From the IMG/VR virus record IMGVR_UViG_3300017747_000864: DNA of 64,000 bases, one strand, 5' to 3'. Below are positions 26,826 to 35,040 of the stretch, one piece after another. Source of the stretch: an uncultured virus (IMG/VR IMGVR_UViG_3300017747_000864). Its lineage: Duplodnaviria > Heunggongvirae > Uroviricota > Caudoviricetes. The notes beneath the pieces were generated by a model, which searched no databases, was not told where the DNA came from, and saw only the letters and a list, made by a program, of their open reading frames with translations. The position numbers and the translations under genes were made by a program. Position 1 is the first letter of the stretch, and each line of letters opens with the position of its first letter.

Positions 26826-27646
26826 CCGAAACCCTTGGTGACTACATAAAAAAGCACATGATCGACAACATCAACCCCAACCACGACACCGTTAACCACC
26901 CGAAGCATTACACAAGCCATCCTAGCGGGGTCGAAACAATTCAGATCACGGAGCACCTTAATTTTTGTTTAGGCAACGCCGTTAAGTATTGCTTTAGGAG
27001 CGGAAATAAAGTACAGTCTGACGATACAGAAGATCTAAGAAAGGCGATCTGGTATGCAGAACGAGAATTGGAAAGTGTACTCGGCGGACCGAAGGTACGA
27101 GGTTTCGGATCTTGGCCGAGTGCGAAACTTAGCGACTCAGAAGATCAGATCACCCGTGCGTATCAAGAATGGGTACATGACGTTGCTGTTTTCCTCGCCT
27201 CGGATTCTGCGTTACCCGCACGTAATGGTCCTAGAAACTTTTATTTGCGAGAGGCCAATCGGTTTGGATGCCTCCCACTTGAACGGGAACCGAGCGGACA
27301 ACAGGCTAGCAAATCTAGCTTGGGAATCTCGGAGTACCAACATGGCTCGGAAAAAAGCGCACGGGACCGAGCTTCTTGGGGAGAAACGATGGTCAGCGAA
27401 ACTGACCGAACAGCAGGCGAAAGAAATAAAGTACGGGACGAAATCAATAACAGACACAGCGGCGCAGTACAAAGTATGTCGAATGACAGTGTGGCGTATC
27501 CGTTCAGGCATGAATTGGCCGCATATATAGCGCATGAGCCCCAAGAGTGGCGAAAGCGGGCGGTGTTTTATCTGTCTACGGGAGAGCCTGTTAAGGCTCT
27601 TTGGTACATCAACCGGCTGGTGAGCGAACTTGAGAAAAAACAGTAG
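26822..27646 (+). CDS. DUF3310 (T7 gp1.7-like) protein with a large in-frame insertion
   Basis: DTVNHPKHY...ETI...FCLGNAVKY..R...K...EDLRKAIWY; frame remains open across the nested HNH gene. Confidence 0.8.
   Translation: MTETLGDYIKKHMIDNINPNHDTVNHPKHYTSHPSGVETIQITEHLNFCLGNAVKYCFRSGNKVQSDDTEDLRKAIWYAERELESVLGGPKVRGFGSWPSAKLSDSEDQITRAYQEWVHDVAVFLASDSALPARNGPRNFYLREANRFGCLPLEREPSGQQASKSSLGISEYQHGSEKSARDRASWGETMVSETDRTAGERNKVRDEINNRHSGAVQSMSNDSVAYPFRHELAAYIAHEPQEWRKRAVFYLSTGEPVKALWYINRLVSELEKKQ
27054..27530 (+). CDS. NUMOD4-HNH homing endonuclease nested in the +1 frame
   Basis: ENWK...YEVSDLGRVRN (NUMOD4), H..VLETF...SHLNGNRADNRLANLAWESRSTN (HNH), AKLTEQQ...HTH tail. Confidence 0.88.
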   Translation: MQNENWKVYSADRRYEVSDLGRVRNLATQKIRSPVRIKNGYMTLLFSSPRILRYPHVMVLETFICERPIGLDASHLNGNRADNRLANLAWESRSTNMARKKAHGTELLGEKRWSAKLTEQQAKEIKYGTKSITDTAAQYKVCRMTVWRIRSGMNWPHI

Positions 27647-27992
27647 TAAGGAACGAATCCTAAGTAAGCTAATCCGCCCAATGACGGTCAAGGAATTGGC
27701 AGCGGAAGTGTTTATGGATGCTCACCATCTTGGCAAGATGTTGCGTAGGTTCCGCAAGGAGCGTGAGGTATACATATGCGAGTGGGAGCAAGAAGATTAT
27801 CCCCGCGCTTTGTGGATGGCAGGTAACTCACGTGATAAGCCAAGACCCAAAGCCAAGACCCGCGCACAAGTCTCCGAAGCCTACCGGAAGCGTATTAACA
27901 AGAACCCAGAACGACGAATGATCTATCTGGCAAAGAAACGCTTGGCTAGAATGGAAGCCCGCCCGGATGTGGCGTCTACATGGATTCGATAG
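27630..27992 (+). CDS. Basic HTH-like protein
   Basis: PMTVKELAAEV...VYICEW...GNSRDKPRP. Confidence 0.65.
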   Translation: MRKNSSKERILSKLIRPMTVKELAAEVFMDAHHLGKMLRRFRKEREVYICEWEQEDYPRALWMAGNSRDKPRPKAKTRAQVSEAYRKRINKNPERRMIYLAKKRLARMEARPDVASTWIR

Positions 27993-27993
27993 C

Positions 27994-28656
27994 ATGACTA
28001 CCACATGGTCTTTCAGCAGTCTTAAAACTTTTCAGCAGTGCCCACGCAAGTACTTCCATATCAAGGAAGCCAAGGACGTTGTCGATAAGCCGCACGAAGC
28101 CGCGCTCTACGGCAGTGCCGTACATAAGGCTGCGGAGGATCACATGCGAGATGGAACTCCTGTCCCTAAAAAGTACGGGTACATGGAGCCGATTCTCGAT
28201 GTTCTGAAGAACATCTCTGGCGAGCGGCACTGCGAGTTGGAACTAGGGCTCAAACAAGACTTGTCCCCCTGCGGGTTTCATGCGGAGGGGGTGTGGTGGC
28301 ACGGGATCATTGACCTGCTCATCGTGGACAAAGAGAAGCAGCTTGCCCACATGGTCGATTACAAGACCAGCAAAAACGCCCACTATGCCGACACAAAGCA
28401 ACTTGATTACATGGCTGTAGCAGTGTTCGCGCACTTCCCTGAAGTGACTCGGATCAAGTCCGCACTGTTGTTTGTTGTAAGCAACGATATTGTCAAGAAG
28501 TCTCACGAAGTGTCACTGAAGCGCGAGTACATTCAACCTGCGGTAGTTGACCTTGACCGCTTGCAAAAGGCTAGGGAAACTGGAGTGTGGAACCCCATTC
28601 GTGGGCCGCTATGTCGGTTCTGCCCTGTCAAGACCTGTGAACACAATAGGAGTTAG
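27994..28656 (+). CDS. PD-(D/E)xK Cas4/RecB-like exonuclease
   Basis: WSFSSL..FQQCP, GIIDL, VDYKT, QL..Y/M, CRFCPVKTC. Confidence 0.85.
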   Translation: MTTTWSFSSLKTFQQCPRKYFHIKEAKDVVDKPHEAALYGSAVHKAAEDHMRDGTPVPKKYGYMEPILDVLKNISGERHCELELGLKQDLSPCGFHAEGVWWHGIIDLLIVDKEKQLAHMVDYKTSKNAHYADTKQLDYMAVAVFAHFPEVTRIKSALLFVVSNDIVKKSHEVSLKREYIQPAVVDLDRLQKARETGVWNPIRGPLCRFCPVKTCEHNRS

Positions 28657-28658
28657 TC

Positions 28659-28970
28659 ATGCCCTACGTCAATAAGCCCCGCCCCTACAAAAAAGAATAC
28701 GAGCAACAGTTGGCTCGTGGGGAAGCAGCCCGCCGACTGGAACGGCAACGCGCACGGGAGGCTTTTGACAAGAAGCATCCAGACACCAACGGTAACGGTG
28801 CTGCGGATGCTAGGGAGGGTAAAGATTTGGCTCATCGTGTGGCGCTCAGTAAGGGCGGCACCAACAAGCAAGGCGTGAAGTTAGAGAGTGCGTCGGGCAA
28901 CCGCTCGTTCAAGCGGAACTCCCAGCACAAGGTCGTGTCTGAAGTGAGTAAGAAGGAGCGTAAGAAGTAA
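28659..28970 (+). CDS. Small HNH-like protein
   Basis: GKDLAHRVALSKGGTN...NRS, degenerate HNH. Confidence 0.6.
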   Translation: MPYVNKPRPYKKEYEQQLARGEAARRLERQRAREAFDKKHPDTNGNGAADAREGKDLAHRVALSKGGTNKQGVKLESASGNRSFKRNSQHKVVSEVSKKERKK

Positions 28971-30349
28971 TGGAGAACTACAACTGGCCGTGCCCTCCGG
29001 GGCTAACGCCGTTTGCACATCAGAAAGAAACAGCGGCGTTCTTGGCAGGTAAGCCGAAAGCGTTCTGCTTCAACGAGCAGGGTACGGGTAAAACCGCCTC
29101 AGTGATCTGGGCTACCGACTACCTGATGAAGTTGAAGGTACTCAAGCGCGTGCTCATTGTCTGCCCGCTCTCAATCATGCACTCCGCTTGGCAGCAAGAC
29201 CTGTTCAAGTTTGCGGTTCACCGCCGAGTAGATGTCGCTTACGGCAGCGCGGCTAAGCGTAAAGAGATCCTTAACGCAGGTGCTGAGTATGTCGTCATCA
29301 ACTTCGATGGGGTGCAGATTTGCAAGAACGAGATCATCCGTGGCGGGTTCGACCTCGTAGTCGTTGATGAGGCGTCTGCGTATAAGAACGCACAGACAAC
29401 GCGCTGGAAAACCATGCGCGACATCATGAAGCACGTGAAGGGTTTGTGGATGCTGACGGGCACGCCAGCAGCACAGTCTCCAGAAGATGCATACGGACTA
29501 GCCAAGTTGGTTAGCCCGAGTAACGTACCTTCTTTCTTTGGGCAGTACAGGGACATGGTGATGACGCCCATCACGCAGTACCGCTGGATCCCTAGACCAG
29601 AAGCCAAAGCCATCGTGCATAAGGCGCTACAGCCTGCTATCCGATTTGAGAAGCGCGAGTGCATTGACTTGCCAGAGATAACGTACTTGGATAGAGCAGC
29701 ACCGATGACGCCGCAGCAGAGTAAGTATTACGCTAGGCTCAAGACTGAGATGCTGATGGAAGCTGCGGGGGAAGAAGTTACCGCAGTAAACGCAGCGGTG
29801 AAGATCAACAAGCTCTTGCAGATTGCCTGCGGGTCTGTGTACTCAGACAGCAAAGAGGTTGTGGACTTTGACGCCAGCAACCGACTGCAAGTAGTCAAAG
29901 AGGTGATCGACGAGGCGTCAAACAAAGTGCTGGTATTTGTGCCATTCACGCACACGATCAAGAAGGTATGTGACTACCTTACGCAGCACAAGATCACATG
30001 CGACGTAATAAATGGTGATGTGCCGGTGGCGCGCAGAGCCGAGATCATCAAGCGGTTTCAAACCGAGGCCAACCCCTCTGTGCTTGTCATCCAGCCACAA
30101 GCTGCGTCTCACGGACTCACGCTGACAGCCGCTGACACCATCATATGGTACGCCCCGGTCACGAGCGTAGAGACCTACCTGCAAGCTAATGCTAGGATCG
30201 ACCGCCCCGGTCAGAAGAACGCCATGACTGTTGTGCATATCATGGGTAGCCCGATTGAAGGCCGGGTGTACTCGCTCCTGCGTGGAAAGATTGACGACCA
30301 CCAACAGATTATTGACTTGTACAAGCAAGAAATCGACGGAGCGTCTTGA
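28970..30349 (+). CDS. SNF2-family helicase
   Basis: EQGTGKT, VVDEAS, LTGTP, HGLTLT, QANARIDRPGQ. Confidence 0.92.
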   Translation: MENYNWPCPPGLTPFAHQKETAAFLAGKPKAFCFNEQGTGKTASVIWATDYLMKLKVLKRVLIVCPLSIMHSAWQQDLFKFAVHRRVDVAYGSAAKRKEILNAGAEYVVINFDGVQICKNEIIRGGFDLVVVDEASAYKNAQTTRWKTMRDIMKHVKGLWMLTGTPAAQSPEDAYGLAKLVSPSNVPSFFGQYRDMVMTPITQYRWIPRPEAKAIVHKALQPAIRFEKRECIDLPEITYLDRAAPMTPQQSKYYARLKTEMLMEAAGEEVTAVNAAVKINKLLQIACGSVYSDSKEVVDFDASNRLQVVKEVIDEASNKVLVFVPFTHTIKKVCDYLTQHKITCDVINGDVPVARRAEIIKRFQTEANPSVLVIQPQAASHGLTLTAADTIIWYAPVTSVETYLQANARIDRPGQKNAMTVVHIMGSPIEGRVYSLLRGKIDDHQQIIDLYKQEIDGAS

Positions 30350-30374
30350 CAAAGTCAAAACACGAGAGTACAGT
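30346..30374 (+). promoter_or_regulatory. Putative middle promoter with palindrome over the -35
   Basis: TTGACA-17 nt-TACAGT; TTGACAAAGTCAA inverted repeat. Confidence 0.6.
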
Positions 30375-30381
30375 GACGGAC

Positions 30382-30801
30382 ATGGACACTCCTACAACGA
30401 TATCCGGCACACCGCTGGAGCAACTTACGGCCCTCTACATCAAGATGCGTGACACGCGCAACACGCTCGCTAAGCAGTTTGAGCAGCGTGATGCCGAGAT
30501 CGCAAAAGATATGGAGCTTCTTGAACAAGAGATGCTAGAGATCTGCAAGACTCTCGGCGCAGATAGCATCCGCACAAACGCAGGGACAGTCATCCGTTCG
30601 CTCAAGTCGCGGTACTGGACGAATGACTGGGATTCAATGTATCGGTTCATCAAAGATAACGATGCATTCCCCTTGCTGGAGAAGCGACTTCATCAGTCTC
30701 ACATGAAGCAGTTTCTTGAAGAGAATCCAGACGTACAACCCGCTGGACTAAACATCGAGCGGCATTTCTCCGTGACTGTCAGACGTTCAAAGGAAAGTTA
30801 G
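30382..30801 (+). CDS. Conserved replication-module coiled-coil protein
   Basis: YIKMRD...SIRT.AGT...DW..MY.FI...LLEKRL. Confidence 0.75.
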   Translation: MDTPTTISGTPLEQLTALYIKMRDTRNTLAKQFEQRDAEIAKDMELLEQEMLEICKTLGADSIRTNAGTVIRSLKSRYWTNDWDSMYRFIKDNDAFPLLEKRLHQSHMKQFLEENPDVQPAGLNIERHFSVTVRRSKES

Positions 30802-30803
30802 AG

Positions 30804-31664
30804 ATGAGCAACATCGTATTGAGCCAAGCACTGCCCGACTTCCTGCAACAAGCCGGGGTCAGCGAACTCACCAAGCAACTCGCCGGTAAGTCTGGCGCGA
30901 AGCGTATCGTGCCGAAGAACGGGATTTTCCGTCTCGTAGTCGGCGGCGAAGAGATGGGCAAGATGAAGGGGGAACTTAACGCCATTGTCGTTAACGCCTC
31001 TCCGCATGTGGGCCGTATCTTCTACGCAAAAGCGTGGTCTCCCGACGCCGAGCCAACTGCCCCGGATTGCTTCAGCAATGATGGTCGAGTGCCTGACGCC
31101 AAGGCAGTAAACCCGCAGGCCCGCAACTGCAACGACTGCCCGAACAACATCAAGGGTTCTGGTCAGGGGCAGTCCAAAGCCTGTCGGTACAGCCGCCGTA
31201 TCGCTGTGCTTCTGGAGCAGGACTTTGGTACGAGTCTGGAGGGGGAGGTTTATCAGATGAACCTTGCGTCTAAGTCGCTGTTTGGCGATGGCGCAAACGA
31301 CATGCTGACGTTTGAGAACTACTCAAAGCATCTCCAGAGCAATGGCAAGAGCATTGATTACATGGTCACCAAGATCGCGTTCAATGAGAACAACGACAAC
31401 CAGTCGGTACTGTTCACCCCCTCGCGGTACATCAACCGCGAAGAGTACGGAGTGGTTACTAAAGTGGCTTCTAACGAGCAAGTTAAAGCCATGGTTCTCA
31501 TGACGCCCTCGCAGGCAGACGGTGTTACCAAGTCCCCGGCCCTGTCCGCCCCCGCGCCGCAGGAAGATGAACCTACCAAGCGGCCCAGTAAGAAGTCTGA
31601 TGCTGCGCCGACTACCAAGGCAAGCCTCGCAGATGTAGTTTCTGCGTGGAGCGATCAAGAGTAA
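30804..31664 (+). CDS. Putative single-stranded DNA-binding protein
   Basis: 286 aa; Cys cluster (PDCFS, CNDCP, ACR); flexible tail ending WSDQE; position in replication module. Confidence 0.55.
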   Translation: MSNIVLSQALPDFLQQAGVSELTKQLAGKSGAKRIVPKNGIFRLVVGGEEMGKMKGELNAIVVNASPHVGRIFYAKAWSPDAEPTAPDCFSNDGRVPDAKAVNPQARNCNDCPNNIKGSGQGQSKACRYSRRIAVLLEQDFGTSLEGEVYQMNLASKSLFGDGANDMLTFENYSKHLQSNGKSIDYMVTKIAFNENNDNQSVLFTPSRYINREEYGVVTKVASNEQVKAMVLMTPSQADGVTKSPALSAPAPQEDEPTKRPSKKSDAAPTTKASLADVVSAWSDQE

Positions 31665-31901
31665 GTGATGACCTACGGATATAGCCAAAGCACTGTTGCA
31701 GCAAATAAACGCGCCAGCAACAAACTGCTAGGTGTTGCACTTGGGCGTCTATGTATTGCCAACGATATTCCTGTAAGCCTAATCGCTGAGCGTGTCGGCG
31801 TCTCTCGACAGACCATCTACAATTGGTTTGAAGGGAAGCACGAACCAAACAGAAGTACCGTACTGGCAATTGAGAAGCTCATAGATTCCCTACGCAAATA
31901 A
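31665..31901 (+). CDS. XRE/Cro-type HTH regulator
   Basis: IAERVGVSRQTIYNWFEG...P. Confidence 0.85.
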   Translation: MMTYGYSQSTVAANKRASNKLLGVALGRLCIANDIPVSLIAERVGVSRQTIYNWFEGKHEPNRSTVLAIEKLIDSLRK

Positions 31902-31952
31902 TCCGGGCGGTGCGGGGCCTCGCTCCGCACTGTACTAAATCTGTGGTGCCCA

Positions 31953-34805
31953 ATGATAAGCAACTTCGATTTGCTGGATACAGTGCTCCCTACAGAAGGG
32001 CGATACTGTGCTCTCGGCATCGGAAAATACATAAGCCAGAAGTTTTTCGAGGATAGGGAGACATTTAATGAACACATTGACTGGCTAGTAGCTAACGGAT
32101 TCAACGCATACTTTGGCTGCGCCAAGTATGGAGACATGAATAACCGCAAGCATGAGAACGCAGAGTTCTTCCGTGCTCTGTGGATGGACATCGACTGTGG
32201 TGAAGATAAAGCCACGCCGGATGAGAACGGCAAGGTAAAGGGTTACATCGACCAAGCCGCAGGTCTGGCAGCAGTCCGAGACTTCTGCATCCAGAAGAAA
32301 TTGCCCCGCCCGATCATTGTTGACTCCGGCAATGGGCTGCACTTCTACTGGCTCCTCACAGAAGTGTTGCGCCGTAACGTATGGGATACGCTCTCAAAAC
32401 GCCTGCGCGACATGGCCCTTGAGGCAAACCTGATTGTGGACACCTCAGTGTTTGAGGCGTCTCGTGTGCTGCGCGTTCCCGGCACATACAACTTCAAAGA
32501 TTCAGAGAACCCCATCGAAGTTCGGGTTTTGTCCTCTACGTACGAGGCTAAGTCTTACGAGTATTGGAAAGACCTCATCGGTGCTGGCGAGCCGGAGGAA
32601 GATAGGAGTTTTATCCCTCGTCGGCTGAGCCCTCTGATGGAGTCGATGTTTGAGAACCGAGTAAAGCGGTTCAAGACCATCCTCGTTAAGACCGCCGCAG
32701 GGGAGGGGTGCAAGCAGATACAGCACTGCTACGAGAACCAAGCCGACATTGACTACAACCTTTGGCGGTCGGCGCTCTCAATTGCCACGTTCTGTGAGGA
32801 TCGGGAGTGGGCTATCCACTTCATCTCAAAGGACCATCCTAATTACGCTCCGGGTGAGACAGAGAAGAAGGCACTGGATATCGGTGGCCCGCACTTCTGC
32901 TCTACGTTTGAGACTGCCAACCCCGAAGGATGCGCGGACTGCCCTAACAAAGGTAAATTCAAGTCACCCATCGTGCTTGGAACTGAGATTGCTCGGGCAG
33001 AGGATTACGACGATGGGGATGGGGATGGGGATGATGAAGATGAAGAAGCCACCCCCGTAACTAAATTAGCGCCACTGCCTGAACCGTACTTCCGAGCAAA
33101 GAACGGTGCGATCTACATGCAGATGGCAGAGGGCGACCCAGTGCTTATCTACGAGCATGACTTGCATGTGGTCAAGCGCATGGAAGATCCGGTGCTTGGG
33201 GAAACCCTCTTGCTTAGGCTGCACTTACCACAAGATGGGGTTAAAGAGTTTGCCCTCCAACTCTCCTCGCTGGTTGTAAAAGAACGCCTGCGCGAAGAAC
33301 TTGCATCACGGGGGGTTGCCGCAGGGGAAGCACAGACCAAGAACCTGCTCAACTACTTGATAACCGCAACTAAAAACATACAGCTAACCAACAAGGCAGA
33401 GATTATGAGAACACAGTTTGGGTGGGCCGACAACGACTCCAAGTTCATTCTTGGCGACAGGGAGATAACCAAAGACGGCGCGTTCTACAGCCCTCCGTCC
33501 TCCACAACGAAAGATGTAGGGGACTTGATTAAGCCGGTTGGCTCTTTCGATAAATGGAAAGAGATCTTCAATATGTATGCGCGGCCCGGACTGGAGCCAC
33601 ATGCATTTGCTGCGCTTACAGCGTTTGGCTCCCCACTGCTGAAGTTTCTCGGGCTTAGCGGGGCCATCATCAACCTTATTTACGACGGCTCAGGTACAGG
33701 CAAATCGACCACTCTGCATCTGTGCAACAGCGTGGTGGGACACCCGAAGCATCTGTGCTCAATCCAAAAGGATACGTTTAACCACAAGATGCACCGGCTC
33801 GGCGTGATGAACAACCTCGCCAACACAATCGACGAGATCACGAATACGCCGCCCATGGAGTTTTCAGATCTGGCTTACAGCATCAGCCAAGGCCGGGGCA
33901 AGAACCGGATGAAGGCGTCAGCCAACGAGGCGCGGCTCAACCTGACTAGCTGGCAGGGCATCACACTCTGTTCATCCAACGCATCGTTCTACGAGAAACT
34001 CGGCCTTGCCAAGAACTCCCCTGACGGTGAGTCGATGCGGCTGTTTGAGTACACGATGGAGCCGAGCGACATCATCGACCCGGTAGAAGCCAAGGCCATG
34101 TTCGATCAAGCACTATTTGAGAACTACGGACACGCAGGGGATATCTACGCACAGTGGCTCGTCAACAACAAAGAAGAAGCGGTTGCTACGCTTAGGCAAG
34201 TGCAGGCAAAGATTGACGCTGAAGTGCAGTTCACTTCACGCGAGCGGTTCTGGTCTGGTATTGCTGCGATCAACATCACGGGTGGACTGATCGCCAAGCG
34301 GCTCGGCCTGCACGACTACGACATGAAGGCCATTTACGAATGGCTCAAGAGTTTGCTGGGTAACCTCAGGGAGCAAGTGCGCCCCCCAGCTTCGGATACC
34401 ACGAACGTCCTCGGTGAGTTTATCAACGAGCGGATTGGCAACATGCTGGTGGTCAATGGCGTTGCCGACGCACGAACGAGTCTGGATGCTGCCCCTATCT
34501 TGGAGCCTAGGTATGACTTGCAGATTCGGTACGAGCCAGATACCAAGCGCATGTATATCTCTGTGGCCGCTTTCAAAAAGTACAGCGCGGAGCGGCAGAT
34601 CGGTTACAAACTCCTGCTAGCCAAACTCACGGAGAAGGGCATTCTCTTGGGGGTGCTGAATAAACGGCTGTCCAAAGGTATGAAGGCAGTAGCCCCCGCA
34701 GTGCGAGTGCTGGAGTTGGACGCCAGTAAGGACGACTTCGTAAACATGGACGGATATGTAGCCGAAACCAAAGATGCGAATCGAGACAGTCAGCTACCTG
34801 ATTAA
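31953..34805 (+). CDS. Primase-helicase (RepB-like primase N-terminus plus DUF927)
   Basis: WMDIDC, DSGNGLHFYW, RVLRVPGT; QFGW; GSGTGKST, IDEIT. Confidence 0.85.
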   Translation: MISNFDLLDTVLPTEGRYCALGIGKYISQKFFEDRETFNEHIDWLVANGFNAYFGCAKYGDMNNRKHENAEFFRALWMDIDCGEDKATPDENGKVKGYIDQAAGLAAVRDFCIQKKLPRPIIVDSGNGLHFYWLLTEVLRRNVWDTLSKRLRDMALEANLIVDTSVFEASRVLRVPGTYNFKDSENPIEVRVLSSTYEAKSYEYWKDLIGAGEPEEDRSFIPRRLSPLMESMFENRVKRFKTILVKTAAGEGCKQIQHCYENQADIDYNLWRSALSIATFCEDREWAIHFISKDHPNYAPGETEKKALDIGGPHFCSTFETANPEGCADCPNKGKFKSPIVLGTEIARAEDYDDGDGDGDDEDEEATPVTKLAPLPEPYFRAKNGAIYMQMAEGDPVLIYEHDLHVVKRMEDPVLGETLLLRLHLPQDGVKEFALQLSSLVVKERLREELASRGVAAGEAQTKNLLNYLITATKNIQLTNKAEIMRTQFGWADNDSKFILGDREITKDGAFYSPPSSTTKDVGDLIKPVGSFDKWKEIFNMYARPGLEPHAFAALTAFGSPLLKFLGLSGAIINLIYDGSGTGKSTTLHLCNSVVGHPKHLCSIQKDTFNHKMHRLGVMNNLANTIDEITNTPPMEFSDLAYSISQGRGKNRMKASANEARLNLTSWQGITLCSSNASFYEKLGLAKNSPDGESMRLFEYTMEPSDIIDPVEAKAMFDQALFENYGHAGDIYAQWLVNNKEEAVATLRQVQAKIDAEVQFTSRERFWSGIAAINITGGLIAKRLGLHDYDMKAIYEWLKSLLGNLREQVRPPASDTTNVLGEFINERIGNMLVVNGVADARTSLDAAPILEPRYDLQIRYEPDTKRMYISVAAFKKYSAERQIGYKLLLAKLTEKGILLGVLNKRLSKGMKAVAPAVRVLELDASKDDFVNMDGYVAETKDANRDSQLPD

Positions 34806-34968
34806 CTGGAAGAAGTTCTACAAAGGGTACTCGTTCTTCGTACCCTGCATAAATCATCGGGAAGCACGGGACACGCTGGCTCGGGTAACCAAACGGTTGG
34901 GTATCGAGATAGTCACCAAGCTGGTAGTAGAGGAAGGAGTGAAAGGCTTGCGAGTGTGGCGCGTTTAG
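34774..34968 (+). CDS. Small hypothetical protein
   Basis: GYSFFVPC...GLRVWRV. Confidence 0.7.
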   Translation: MRIETVSYLINWKKFYKGYSFFVPCINHREARDTLARVTKRLGIEIVTKLVVEEGVKGLRVWRV

Positions 34969-35011
34969 GCTACAGTCCACGCACTCTCTCGGAAGTTAGC
35001 TCCTTCCTTTC

Positions 35012-35040
35012 AGCCCCCGGCCTTCCGGGGGTTTTTTATT
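35012..35040 (+). terminator. Terminator at the convergence of the two arms
   Basis: GCCCCCGG-loop-CCGGGGGT followed by T run; abuts the stop of the 2365-aa gene. Confidence 0.8.

Noticed and set aside
27054..27530. Intein or group I intron around the nested HNH
   Set aside because: No intein terminal residues in the host frame and no room for an intron core outside the ORF; not excluded without covariance-model or RT-PCR tests
27994..28656. CRISPR-associated cas4
   Set aside because: Stand-alone phage PD-(D/E)xK exonuclease in a replication module
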